A stretch of DNA of 63,997 nucleotides, filler included, from Perkinsus olseni (GCA_013115125.1; 5 parts of 5 records of this genome joined end to end with filler, not necessarily neighbours in it), one strand, 5' to 3'. Positions 50,580 to 62,940 are shown, counted from the whole stretch's first letter. Notes: a model not told the origin generated them from the sequence alone. Numbers and translations are program-made.

Positions 50580-51590
50580 TCATTGCACTGTTCCTTCAAC
50601 TGTCGGTGTTCGCCCTTCAGGAGGGAACGGGGCGAAGGGTATCGGCAAGGCTTCTTCCTCCAGCACTGGCGCCTACGCAGGAACAGCACCCCAACCTGAT
50701 GGCACCGCAGAGTATCCAAACCCGGGCATACGTTAGGCATGGATCCTCCTCCTCCGGTCGGCCCTCCACCAGCCCCAGCGCTCATCATCGGAGTTGATAG
50801 TTCCCTTTGACGTGCCGTAGAATTGAAGAGCGAGAACCCCTTATACTGAGAGCCAGCTCTCCCGCCTCAACGCTATGCCCTCCCTATCCTAACCTTAATA
50901 GCGTAGTAGAGTGTGAGTGCTCCTGTAGATATCATAAACATGCCCGACAGGACACAGAAGAACGACCAGAACCTGACCAGGAGTGGGTCGGAGCGATCGC
51001 AGACTCCCTAACGGCCTACCCAGAGTTGACCTTGACTCCGTCGTCTTCTCCCAGTAACGCCATCAGCATCCTGGCCTCGCCCTCTTCACGACTGCCCTCT
51101 GTTACCGATCGAACCGACTTGTACGTATAATTGCCACTACACAGCATTCCTATTACCTGAAAAAGGGGGGAAACCTTTAGCGGAGCGAAGCTCTTCGAAT
51201 GTTATTACTATGTAGAAGACAGCACGACCGATGAATGAAGTCATGAAGGGTAGAACAGCCCGTATAACTTTATGAGCCTTCGAGTCTCGGGGCCTGACAA
51301 CAAACGCTGACTCTCCATCCAAAGGTCCCCGGATCGATCCCTGCAGCCTGCATTTTCATACCACAACTCCGCAATCATCCCGGCAACACCCAAGCCACCA
51401 AACAAGGCAAGGTCAGCCAAATTACGTAATAACCTCCACAACGAATACTGAGGACAGAAAATGTACCTGAGAAAATACAAATACCCCTCCCGGGGTTCGA
51501 ACCCGGGACCTCCTACGATAACGAATGCACCACCATCAATAAGCATGAGCCGCTCCCACTGAGGCGAAGGATGTGCTCGATGCTAGCCAT
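50580..51590 (-). CDS. COPI-associated/TVP15-like small membrane protein, 6 exons
   Basis: Spliced MASIEHILRL..GMIAELW..VLPFMTSFIGRAVFYIVIGML matches the COPI-associated pattern (FxxxxxGRxxFY). Confidence 0.7.
51317..51356 (+). pseudogene. tRNA 3' half with T4, antisense in COPI-gene intron 2
   Basis: ATCCAAAGGTC CCCGG ATCGATC CCTGC AGCCTGC A TTTT. Confidence 0.6.
51482..51516 (-). pseudogene. tRNA 3' half forming COPI-gene intron 1 (sense)
   Basis: GTAGGAGGTC CCGGG TTCGAAC CCCGG GAGGGGT A followed by TTTGTATTTT; the T-arm is perfect. Confidence 0.8.
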
Positions 51591-51767
51591 AATTACAACA
51601 AACTCGATGAAAGCAGTAGAACATTTTCCCCTAAACGCAAGCCTCGGAGGAAACGATAAAATCACTCCATCGTTCTCTCCACTAATAACAAGCCCGCATA
51701 CGAAGGCTTTCGCAGAGGCCCGAAAATGACTGGTAAAAATCTGAAAGGACCGCTGATGCAATGATGG

Positions 51768-52645
51768 TCAGAGGAATCCTGACGCGCACCCGGAAGATTT
51801 TCTCCCTGGATGTCTGCGAATTGAATCTTTATACGTTTCTCCTTTGCAAAGTAGCCAACAATGGAGGCCGACGTTTGGGACCTGACAGGTTCGATCGTGA
51901 TGGCCTGGGTTGGATCTGCGATATGGCACTACTACCGCTGATACTATCCCGACGATGGATGCCAATACTAAGGCTAACGACGCCCAAGGGAGTCTCCGGC
52001 TGATGGCGAAAAACAAGTACCTGACACAACAAACCGTTCTCAAGCACCGTCCTCCAACCCGAAGGTCTCCGGATCGAATCCTTGCTGTGATATCTCGAAG
52101 CCTCCTTATTACACCACGACGATCCCTCCGGCAGCCGCTGTCCCGATCCACATTTGACACATCCGAGGCAATGCAGAGCGTGATAATAAAAACAATATGA
52201 TACTGACCGCGACAGCACAACAGACCTGAGACAACCATCACTACCACCGACGTCACTCCCCACCAACCACTATCCATGCAACCGGTATGGGAACTATCGT
52301 CCTCCCTCGGTCATCATCAGTAGCGAAGGCCACGCAGGCACAGACCCCCACTCCTACGCTGAGGAGCATGTAAATGCTGCATACCACAACAAACAGTATC
52401 TGATGGCAGAGCAGATGGTCTCGGATCTATCACCCACCGTCTTACGAAGGCTCGTCTGTTCCGCAGTCCGATGCAGTTGTTCACCACCGCACAGTGATGA
52501 TCGAACTCTCGAATACAGTAGCCGCACTCGGAGCCTGTCTTGAAGGAGCCTCAGGGGTAGGACGAGGAGAGAGTACCCTTACAGTGACTCCATCCATCCA
52601 GGCGATAAATCTTGCAAGTGCTGCAGAAACGGACGTCATGACCAT
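51768..52645 (-). CDS. Hypothetical multi-pass membrane protein, multi-exon
   Basis: Splicing 52021-52112 gives [53 protein letters not shown]. The start is tentative. Confidence 0.55.
52056..52092 (+). pseudogene. Initiator tRNA-Met-like 3' half, antisense in an intron
   Basis: AACCCGAAGGTC TCCGG ATCGAAT CCTTG CTGTGAT A has the GGATCGAA T-loop and TGATA end typical of eukaryotic initiator tRNAs. Confidence 0.7.
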
Positions 52646-53209
52646 TGGAAAGGGCTTTGGCCGTATCCAGGTCTAGACGGGTGTTCACATAGAGGGCGTA
52701 ACTGATGGTGATTTGGGGAAGAGATGGTATGGCAACGATGAATCACCTGCCGTCATTGAAGCTCTGCCCCCTCACGTCCCGTATCTCGCGCTGATACCTG
52801 GCAAAACGCAAGATACGATCCCGAAAATCCAAGCCACGGAGTTGGGCATCGTGCCACGAAGTGGCAGCCGAGCTGCTGGCCTACGCTTCATCGGGGCCTT
52901 GACCTGTCCTCGACAACACTTCCAATGGCGGCACGGCGCCGGGGTCCGAGAGTGCTGTATCAAGGAAAAGTACTACTGTAGAGACGAAGAGGGTCTGAAG
53001 GGACGATGGTGGAGGGAAGGGGATCGACGAGGGTTCACCAGGCTGCCTGCCTCCAGGCCCGGATGAGGCTCTGGGAGATCATAGAAGAGGGAGAGGAGGA
53101 CTAGGCCCAGGTGGAGGAGGAGGCCCGACCCTGTTAGAAGGAGGAGCGAGGGGGCTGAAAATGACATCACTAAATTAACGCATACAGGTGGCGACGGAGC
53201 CGTGCCCAA

Positions 53210-53312
53210 GATACTCTACGAGTCGACCTCAAGATACACTTCACGAGTCGACCTCAAGATACACTTCACGAGTCGACCTCAAGATACACTTCACGAGTCG
53301 ACCTCAAGATAC
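53210..53312. repeat. 25-bp tandem repeat, ~4 copies
   Basis: ACGAGTCGACCTCAAGATACACTTC starts at 53218, 53243, 53268 and 53293. Confidence 0.92.
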
Positions 53313-54150
53313 TCCTAGGACCGATCTTAAGGTGGCGTATAAATCGACGTCGAAGTGCCCTCGTACAGCTCTTCCTTCGGGGTGCATACATCCAGGGCGT
53401 CAGTGACTGGAGCATATCTTGGGCATGAAGGTGACCGAAGGTAATCATTCAACTCGCAGCAGCCATTGTATCGCCACCACCGTCGTCCCCAATTGCTCCC
53501 CTCGAACGTTTTTCCCCACAAATATAATCGTTCATCATTATATAATCGTTCATAACCGTGCGTGCGGCGGACCGCGAACGGGAATCGATGCCCGTGCCCC
53601 ACCGTTTCTTCTGGCGCTCATCCGAGGTACCCGTACTCGAGCGTAGCAAAACTGTATATCCTCTTCGTTGTATGCATGTTCATCAGCGATAAACGCGAAC
53701 GCTCGAAACTTCGATTTCCATGATCCACGTGAACAATGTGTCGGGCACGGAAACAGAAACAATTACATCGATCACCCCGAGCAACGGAGTAAGGGACCGT
53801 GCGAGGCCACTAGTAGTCCTTGTGGAGCATATCTTAACTCGGAGCTTGACCTTCACTGGGGAGAGCACGCTTCGACCAAAGATATGCCTTGGTGAAAATT
53901 GATAATTGGTGGAATGATCACATCGTGGCGGCTGTGAGTGAAAGTCTATCGCAACGCAAAACAACCTTGCTAGTGAATTGAGTTAACACCACACTGGATA
54001 TGATAGCAAGGGAATGCCTTAGAAAGCCTGATTTAACTTGATTGTTGGGGGTAAGCCGCCCTGGACTGAACTCAGTGCCATTAAGGTCTCAAGAAAAAGG
54101 CTAACTTGAATAAGTATAGGTCGGGTCTAGGATAATATCTAATATTCTGA

Positions 54151-55133
54151 CTATTCAACTGATCTTCCTAAGCTAATACAGCGGCTGCACGCATACTCAG
54201 GTTCCTTGCTGGAGCGAGGTGGCGCGCGGAGCTTGTTGTCTACACGTAGACAACACAGAAAAATCAGGGACTCTCTCTCCATAGACACCACCCGTGATGC
54301 CATGAACACGGTAGACCTCGCGTCCATAGCTGCCACCGCCCATGGGGCTAGGCGTGAACACGAGTACCTCCGCACCGACCTTGGGTGGTCCACGTCTAGG
54401 GACGAACCTTCTTGCCGAAGAAGTAGTTGTAGAAGCCTTAATAGCGTCAGCGACGAGGCGATCCAAGTAGTCACCGTCCTCCCGCCTTTGACGAGCTTGC
54501 TCGGCGTCGGCTGGGGTAGGGGCTACAGAACCTGGGCTCTGAAGAGCATTCTCCACCGGGAAACGTCGTGGCCTCGCGAAGAATATCTCGTGCGGTGAAA
54601 GATCCACCCCATCCAAAGGCTTGGCATTGAGACGAGCGATCACCCGATGGATCTGCGTCGACCACGCACGCTTGGAAGCCAGCTGACGAGTGATGAACTT
54701 GATGGCGGACACCGACCGTTCTACGAGACCATTCGAGAAGGCCGCATAGGGGGGTAGTTGCTGATGAACCACCCCTTGGGAGGCCATGAATTCCATAAAC
54801 TTTCTCCCGCGGAAACAGGGTCCACGATCCGATCTCAGCCGGCCCATTGGGCCAAAGATGCTGATGAAGGTTGACAGGGCGCCGATGACCGAAGAGGAGG
54901 AGCTACTGCGCAGTGGAGCCACTAAGGCAAAGCGGCTGAAGTGATCCACCAGGAATAACGCAGAGGTATAAGTGCCCTTCCTGTCAGGACCCATCTCCGC
55001 GAGGTCAGCCGACACTATGTCCCAGCATCCATGGGCACCCTGTGAGAGGTTCCGACCACTGTCGCGGAGAGAGTAATATCGCTTGTTGTGGGCGAACTGA
55101 CATTGATCACAAGAACGGCAGACCTCAATGGCA
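54151..55133 (-). mobile_element. Ty3/Gypsy-like integrase (3' end of an LTR retrotransposon, cut by the contig end)
   Basis: CxxC Zn-finger end, SADL, LVDHFSRF, SDRG, PYAAFSNGLVER and SPHEIFF form a DDE integrase core. Confidence 0.88.
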
Positions 55134-55233
55134 NNNNNNNNNNNNNNNNNNNNNNNNNNNNNNNNNNNNNNNNNNNNTTAATTAATTAANNNNNNNNNNN
55201 NNNNNNNNNNNNNNNNNNNNNNNNNNNNNNNNN
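55134..55233. other. Artificial contig linker
   Basis: N-run + TTAATTAATTAA + N-run. Confidence 0.98.
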
Positions 55234-57262
55234 AAGCAGAGCTTTGAGAAGTTGATTGCCATGCAATAAAGCATCGGCAAGGCTACTATTGATTGTTACG
55301 GGGCCGGTATTCGACACAATACAGTGTTTGCCTCAAAGATCTTGACTCTGATTCTCGTGTTAAGATCGCGGCGACGTTCTACTGGAGCACTTTGCGCAGA
55401 CTCAAGCTGTCAAGCAGAGCTATGGCATGTGGTCGGCCTTGGTTCTCAGAGAGCGGGCCCTGACAAAATCCATTGATCTCACTCGTCCACTGTTCAAAGT
55501 GGAGGATGCCAGTATTTAAACTCAAGCACAGAACCAGGGGGATTGGGTGCTGTCGCATCGGTTTCTACCGAGGGCCAGTACTCGTATCGCGGCAAGAAAG
55601 GTGGCAAGGGCTCGAAAGGGGATGGTCTTCTAGTGGGTCTTTCGGTAAAGGAGCCAACTATTGAGAAGGAAAAGGAAAGGCCAGGAGAAGAGGCAAAGCT
55701 GTGAGGAGCTCTCCGTACCCACAGTATTGTGGCTGGCCTAACTAACAGCAATGTTGCACGTGTGGAGGCTTTGTCCATTGGGCCAATGTGTCTTCTTCCC
55801 GACAGCTCGTGGATGACAGGCAAGAAACAAGGCATCGGAGGCAAATGCATTCGCTTTTCAGAGAACCAGTCTATGATTGATCTTCTCGAGTCGAGATCTC
55901 CTGAGACGTACGCCTCGCGATAATTTCTGCTCTGTGAGTTACAATATTCTCTTTACCACTGACACAACTAGGTGTCACGTTGGGGCACAAGTTACCTTGG
56001 GAGACCAGTGACTCGCGTGTGAATTTTACGCGTCAAATGTAAGTACCGGTTACGAAGTAGGCGTGTTTAGTTTGGGGACGAAGACAAACTGAACAGCCGC
56101 TACAGAATAGCACAATCAGGCCTGCGAACTTCTTGTGAGCTCTGGGGAGGCTAGCTGGTCGAGGAATTCAACAGCTAATCTGTCTACAAGGCACAGTAGC
56201 TTGTCAGTTGCAGTTCATTTCAATTTGAAGTCAAATATCGACATCCTCAACACAGTCCCGTGTACCTCCGACGTAACACCTCTTCCCCGTCGCCGTAGTG
56301 AGCAGCGTTATCTGGTGGTCCCAGGCGGCCTGAGGTAGCCCACAACCTCTCCGGCAGTTGGCGTCTGCCATGCAAGACGGCCGTGCTGACCCCCTTGTTG
56401 GCGCGGCCGACCTGTCCGCTCTCGGCAAAGGTGGAAGGTGGACGATCTCGTCTTTCTGCCTCTTGTTGGCCATCTACTTTACCACCCACTGCTGGGAGTT
56501 GGCTCTGGTCTTCGCTGCTGTCGCTATCAACCAGTTGTCGCGTTTGGCGGCTTAACCGCAGAGACTGGCGGCGTCGTTGCAAAGCAGCGCAAGCTTGCCA
56601 CCGGCACGGATATTACAGTAACCCGGTTGCCACTATCTTTCACACAACCGACACCGGTGCCCTGGTGGAACGCATATCGCTAGAACAGGCCCAACGGGTA
56701 CTAAGTTGATTACAGCAGGCTGTTGCCTGAGACGGAGTCAGGCGTTGACGGCGAAGTCCTGCTTCTTGGCCTATAGGGAGCTGGCAGACGGAGCGTCAAA
56801 TCGTCGCCGTTGCAAATCGATGTCTACTCTCCGGGACTGCGCTAGGAGCGAGATAAAATATGCTTCGCTGGTTCCCTGTTGTCGCGCGCCTGAGGCACCC
56901 CCTGCTACCGTCGTCGTTGTTCACGGGCTGAGGACGCTGTTTCCGCTCGGCGCTATCTAAGCGGCTCTGAGGATGGCGGACTGATAACATCTCCCGACCT
57001 CATCCGCTACTGCTTCGTAAGTGTTGTGGTGGTGCTGTTTTCGTCCTTCACCATAAAGCAACCCATTCCTCTCGAACGCTCGCGTCACTCTACTAGCTGA
57101 GTCCTTACCTAAGGCTCTTCGTTCAACTGTCAACAACCAGGACAAAGCTCGCCTGGCTCCCCGTTGCGAGTTTGCTTCCCTTGGCTCCAGGACATTCACC
57201 TTCTCCCCGCTCTCCGGTTGGCGCCGTGGCGGCAAGTTCTTCTTAGATCAGCACTACTTCAA

Positions 57263-57375
57263 CGCGATTAACCAACGCGATTGCAAAGTTACAGCGGGAT
57301 AACTCGTTTTAGAGAGTAGGAAGAGCATAAAAATGCCTTGGATCTCGTTTCGGAGTGGTGCGTCACGTCACGTGA
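57263..57375 (-). repeat. 3' LTR-like direct repeat
   Basis: Matches 61149-61261 at 104 of 113 positions (manual count). Confidence 0.85.
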
Positions 57376-60300
57376 GGAAAGAAAGGGTAACGGATGAATG
57401 AGTGTGAGAAAAAATCATTGTGTTGTGATCAACTTGTAGAGAGGTTGCTGCATCTCCTTATTAGTAGATAACTCACGAAGAAAGTACGTCTGACCCCGAA
57501 TCTCCTCCACAATGTAGGGTCCTCTTGCTAGGGCTCCAAGTTTGATAGGGGAAGGAGTACGAAGGTAGACTTTGTCGCCGATGTTGACTTGCTTGGCAGT
57601 ATCTCCGAGTCGTTCCCCGTGTACGATCTCAATCATCTTTCCATTGTCCCCCAATCCATTCTTCGAGTAGGCCTTCTGGACGAGGTGCGCAGAGTTGATA
57701 GGTGTGTAGTAGATCCCATGAAGATATGGTACCCCATCTCGGACGACCATTAGCCAAGGAGACGGCCTCGGAAACGATAGTCTTCCAATCCAGTCGAGGT
57801 TTGGTCGATCGCAGCATCTTGAGGTTCTCGTTCAGCGGCCCGTGGGATCAACATTTTCCACCATAGCGTGGGCTACCTGGTGGTATCAAATGGTGCTGGA
57901 CGTTTATGGATGAAGTATAGAGACGAAATATACCACTCAGATAACTCTGTCCTCTGTCGGAACATATACGCCTCGGAGTTCCCGCGCGAGCAAGGATTCG
58001 TTTCACGGCAGTAACCAATTGAGCCCCATTGGTTACGGGTTGACGGCTAGTTACAGGTTGAGCCCCATTGTTGTGATAGCCCGTAAGAAGATCAGTACAC
58101 ACCACAAGATATTTTTGTTGATCACCATTATTGTCGTATGCGCCGCAGTGATCGATCCCGACGCTCGACCAAGGCACTCTGTCGATCTTCTTGGCAGTCG
58201 ATCCTTGGATAGCAAGTCTTCGAGGACGTGTCCTTATACATCTACCGCAAGCAGTAACCAGTCTCGCCACCATGGGTCTCATTAAAGGCCAGTGGAAGTG
58301 CTTCACCAGCTCATTGTAGTGCTTCCATCCTCGGAGCAGTAGGTGACGATCCAGCCGGTGTCACGAAGCCTCGTGCCCATATTCTTCTGCCAGTGAGAGT
58401 CTCGACGACGATTGCTGAGGCTTTATTCGATGCGTCGATGTAGGCTATGATGGTATCGTAGTCGACATTACTTGGGTAGAGCTGTCTCGGCGAAGATGGT
58501 GCTTGACGAAGAGAGAGTTCACCCACTGTTCAATGATATGCAACTGCTTCGGGCACAGAGCCGAAGCCTTGCCAGTCAGTGCAGCTTGCTGTAAATGTAA
58601 CCGAGCTTTAATCAGGTGTTCAAGATAGAGATCACAGGGATCAAAGAAGGTAGCCAAGAACCGACGGTAATCATCAACGGTAACCAGTGGTCTCGACTCG
58701 GACTCTCTCGTAGCAGATATGGATAGAGTGTCGTCATCAGCAGACCAGCGATATCCCAGCATAGAGCCTGATTTCTTCGACGTACCATGAGACTCGACTC
58801 TCTTGGCTTCATCGAATGGCCAACATGAAGTTCATTCTCTTCGAATCCTCGTTTGTTGGCGTCGCTCAGAACCACGGATGAGACTTGATGGGCGAGGCGT
58901 CGAGACGATGCTGCCACGCTTAGGTCATCCATCAGGATTCGCACGCCGTAGTTGGCTACGTTGTCGACTTGTACAGTATGGTGAAGCTCATCAAAACTCT
59001 CCGCGAGGTTGTCGTTCAGCGCATGTATCAGCGCCCCTGGACTATCGGGTAGGCCAAATAATACTCGTTGATAGGAGTAGAGGACGTTGCGCCACCAGAA
59101 ACATAGCTGCTTTCGGTCTTCTTCTAATGCGTACTCGGCTTGCAGGAAAGCAGACTGAAAATCACAGGATATGAAGTAGGGGAACCGCCGTAGTAGGTAG
59201 ATGGAGCTTGTCACATGCTGCTTGTCGATGTCGGTGAGATTTGGACTGACGATACCTCGTAGGCTGCTACCGTCGAAAACGGGTCTGACCTTCATGCTGC
59301 TCAGCTCATTGCCATGCTTTCGAACACCAGAAAAATGGTTCAGACAAAACTTAGCATCCTTCGGAGAGATGGGTTTGATGTAGCCCTTCTCGCGGAACTT
59401 CTCGATCTCGGCGTCGTAAAGATGGAATATGCCATCTCGACGGAGTCTACTCTCCAGCTTTTCTGCCAGTTTGCGGAAGGCCTCGACATTATTGGTAGGT
59501 TCGGGCTTCAACCATTTGATGGTGTGCTTGTACCGATAGGGAGAAGACGTATCGGCCAAGGCACTCGGGTCGTTGTCAACCGTGGATACCGCATGAAGGC
59601 ATTGGTCCTCGTCGATAGAGTCGGCAGTGAAGTCTTCTGTGGTAACTCCACAGATGATTGATGAGTGAGGAAGATCATGAATGTCATCTTTGTTGCTCGT
59701 AACGCTAGACACCAGCTTGTCTTCTTGAGAGTCTTGGTCAGATGATGATGAAGATTCACTCGTCGGCACCGGACGAGAGGAGAGTAACCGAGAGTAGAAA
59801 GCATCCCATAAGGACTTGAGTTCGGGATCTAAGGAGCCGATGTTGAGTAGACGATCTTTATTCTTCGAAAATAGCCATATAGTAGGATCTGTGAACTGTC
59901 GGGAAAGGTGAGCACTGACCAGTATGTACGTCTCTGCTGAGGTCTTTGATAACAACCACTGGAGCTGAGATACGACGATGACCGTGGATGAAGACCATGT
60001 CGTAGATAGGACAATTCTTGAGAGGTTTACCATCTGCCATGATTGCTGTACATATTGCCTTCGGGTGTGGGACCTCAACACCGCTCTGTACCAACCGGTC
60101 AATTGTTGCTTGGCTCACTGCTGTCATCTCGGCACCAGTATCAATAAGACCTGTGATAGGAACAGGACCAGTCTTGCCGGCTATTTGCAGAGCCTTCGAG
60201 CTCAATGGTGATGAGACGAGTAGTACTACTTGAGTAGTAGTACCCGCGATGAGGGCATTCTCCAATGTTAAGTGTGGTAGTAGCTGTTTTGCTGGTAGAC

Positions 60301-61148
60301 GCTTCAGTAGTGGACGTTGTAAGCGGACCAGGACAAAAGGGTGATGTTTACCTTCTGCAGAGCAACGTGGGCATCTCCGATTTGTGCTTGCAGTACAGCG
60401 AGTGGGATCTTGACAGCAGTTCTTCCCAGAGCCGATCCTTCTGTTACATTGAAGACACCGACCATCCTTCTCGACATGGTTTGGGCTTGGACAATTGCGG
60501 TGATGATGGCCTGGTGGATCCACAGTGTCAAGACATCTCAAACAACTCCACCGTCTCGGTTTGCCAGGGCCCTTGTTCCCTCGCGGACGGGATGGCGGAC
60601 GATCCACAAAGGCGTTGTTGTTGGTGTCGACTGTATTGATGAACTTGGGATTATTAGCTTGATGACCAGTCTTTCGGTGAGCGTTGGCGAGTTGTTGCAC
60701 TCTGTCCAGTTGAATAAGTTCATGTAGAAGCTCGTGATAACCAACCGACGCCATCTTATTGAGACCAACTTCCCTATGCACTGTTGGCAGGGTCATAAGG
60801 AGTTTATGCTTGAGAACTCGCTCGTCGATAGGGGTCTGCCTTGGATACCGATGTTCTTGCCGATGGGGACTGTCTCTAGGCTGATGCGCCACTGTGTCTT
60901 ATGAGAGCTAGGGATCCATGCACCGAGGAAAGGACGGTTGTCCAGATTTAAGTAGTGTACCGAATCACCGAGGAGAGGAGCGCAGACCGTGGCAATGTGA
61001 GCTTCCACTATGATGAACATTGCATGACCCGACTCAGAGCTTCGTAGGAACTAGAGCGGTAGCATATCTGTCCTTGCTGGGGAGCTTGAAGTACTGTAGA
61101 GCAGGAGTAGGCGTAGTTGTAGAAGGCATATCCCGGTAGAAGAAATGT

Positions 61149-61261
61149 CGCGATTAACCAACGCGATTGCAAGGTTACAGCGAGATAACTCGTTGTAGAG
61201 AGTAGGAAGAGCGTAAAAAACCCTAGGATCTCGTTCCGGAGTGGTGCGTCACGTGACGTGA
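61149..61261 (-). repeat. 5' LTR-like direct repeat
   Basis: Direct repeat of 57263-57375, immediately upstream of the gag ATG (~61130). Confidence 0.85.
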
Positions 61262-61699
61262 CGTGACCTCGTCACGTGCGTTGCGCGTGCGCCGAGCTGA
61301 CGCGCAGGACGTACGGAGCTATGATCAGCACACTATCTTGTTCAACAGGACAGGAAGAAGTTTCGAAGAACCTTCACTTTGAGGGTAATTGGTAGTAGGC
61401 TCCGTGCCACTGTCGGTATCGTCCGCTCCGGCGACGTAAGCCGTTCGTATTCTGCCCCGGCGAATGCGTCTATCGATATCATCTGCTCCAACGTCTCAAG
61501 CCGCTCGTAATTTGCTCCGCCAAACCTATGTAGGCGCTCACCACAGTGACCATATCAGTCCAGACTGAGCTCTTCAGTTATTTGCTGCTCCGACAGCATC
61601 CTAAGCAGCTCTCAGCGATATGTGGTGCCCTCTGAGCAAGGAACAGCCCGTCTGACTTAGCCGAAGATAATCCTCAGGTCTTGAATGGATGGAGTAGAT

Positions 61700-62700
61700 C
61701 TACAACTACATTTGGGAGCTGTTCATGGGCGCGGCATTTTGCGCGGACCAGCTTCTTGTTTTGAAGTGTTCTGATGATACGTATTCTATCATTCTGATGT
61801 CTTGCGATTCAAGATACGGCGAGCAACACAGATAGGCGGAGTTCGCCAACTGGCGTTTTACAGCTAGTATTGCGTCAGCGGCACAAGCCCCTACGGTCTC
61901 GAGCTGCTGCTCGGCCATCTTTACTGACGCTGTCGTGCTCTCCTCTGCTGAGACGGTCTTATGGCTGAGCGCTTGGCCCTCGTGGTCGGCTTCGACGCGG
62001 TTGCCGACCACGGTAGTACCATAACGGAACTTATACGCTGCGCCGTACAGGTGCTTTACTCCTACACCGTCATTGGCTGGCTGGTTAGCCAGCGTTTATA
62101 AGAACTGGGGCTTCGCATCTCTGCTCTCCTCCGCCCGTTAGTGCGTTGACTGGCTGTGTTCGTTGCGGTTGTGACATAACCAGTCTGTCATCTGGACCTT
62201 CGGTCTGTAAAGTCGGGTTCAGCAGCTGGGAGGCTCTGGGACGCTTCGACGTCGCCAAGGTCTCAAGGAGCTCATCGTGCCTCAGCAAGCTCCGCATGTC
62301 TGCTGCTATGGGTAGCAGCATTTGCAGGATACTGTCATGATCATGGGGATGACATGAGTGTTTCAGCAGAGATGCAAGCTGACCAAGATTTGTTGGTCAT
62401 CTCGAAATCTTCATAGTGCCGATCGAAGATGAACCGGTAGCGCTGATTTAGGTAGCGCTGATTGTATTTCGAGCTCGGTCTCCTAAATCTTCGATCTTCT
62501 TCAAAGTACAACGATAATCAGAAGCATTAGATACTCGATGCCAGCCAAAGTTCGGAAACCTCTCCAAAGCTTTTCAATGTTTCTGAAAGAAGTAACGACA
62601 GGTGTAATATTGGAGTAAGCGGGATGTGCAAGAGACCGTTTGAGAATACTTCTTTACTCAAGTCGAACAATGCCATATCATCATCAGCAGCAGAACTCAG
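61700..62700 (-). mobile_element. Degenerate Gypsy-like pol remnant
   Basis: FDLSK..NGLLHIPL (RT-like), then YKFRY..ADHE..AL and YLESQDIRMIEYVS (RNase H-like), in the expected order. Confidence 0.4.
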
Positions 62701-62809
62701 AATGCTGCCATTCAACGATGAACCATTGCGTTCTTTAACATCAGAATCAATGTGTCAAACCTGTATATCTTTCTAGCACAGAAAGATATATAGATATATC
62801 GCACTGCAA

Positions 62810-62940
62810 ACTCGTGCACGGCAGTTTAGTACACTCAATAGTGGTACAACGTAAGCAAGTACACTGAGATATAATGCACAAATACTGGTACACTGCTAAG
62901 TCGTACACTTTCGATTCAGCTCACAGTTCGTACACTCCTC
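62810..62940 (+). repeat. Dispersed GTACAC(T) motif array
   Basis: About 7 copies or variants of GTACACT with variable spacers, similar to 13591-13729. Confidence 0.6.

Larger units (their letters stand above)
57263..61261 (-). mobile_element. Compact Bel/Pao-like LTR retrotransposon, frameshifted
   Basis: Order: Cys/His gag knuckles, protease LIDTGA, RT (KVRPVFDGS, DFQSAFLQ, RVLFGLPDSP, LMDD, LGYRW, FFDP), RNase H (YIDAS) and integrase (GIDHCG, SDRG, PRYGG, GPY). Flanked by 113-bp direct repeats. Confidence 0.85.

Noticed and set aside
53210-53312. CRISPR-like repeat
   Set aside because: The units are head-to-tail with no unique spacers and there are no cas genes; it is a simple minisatellite. 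The same applies to 3741-3830.
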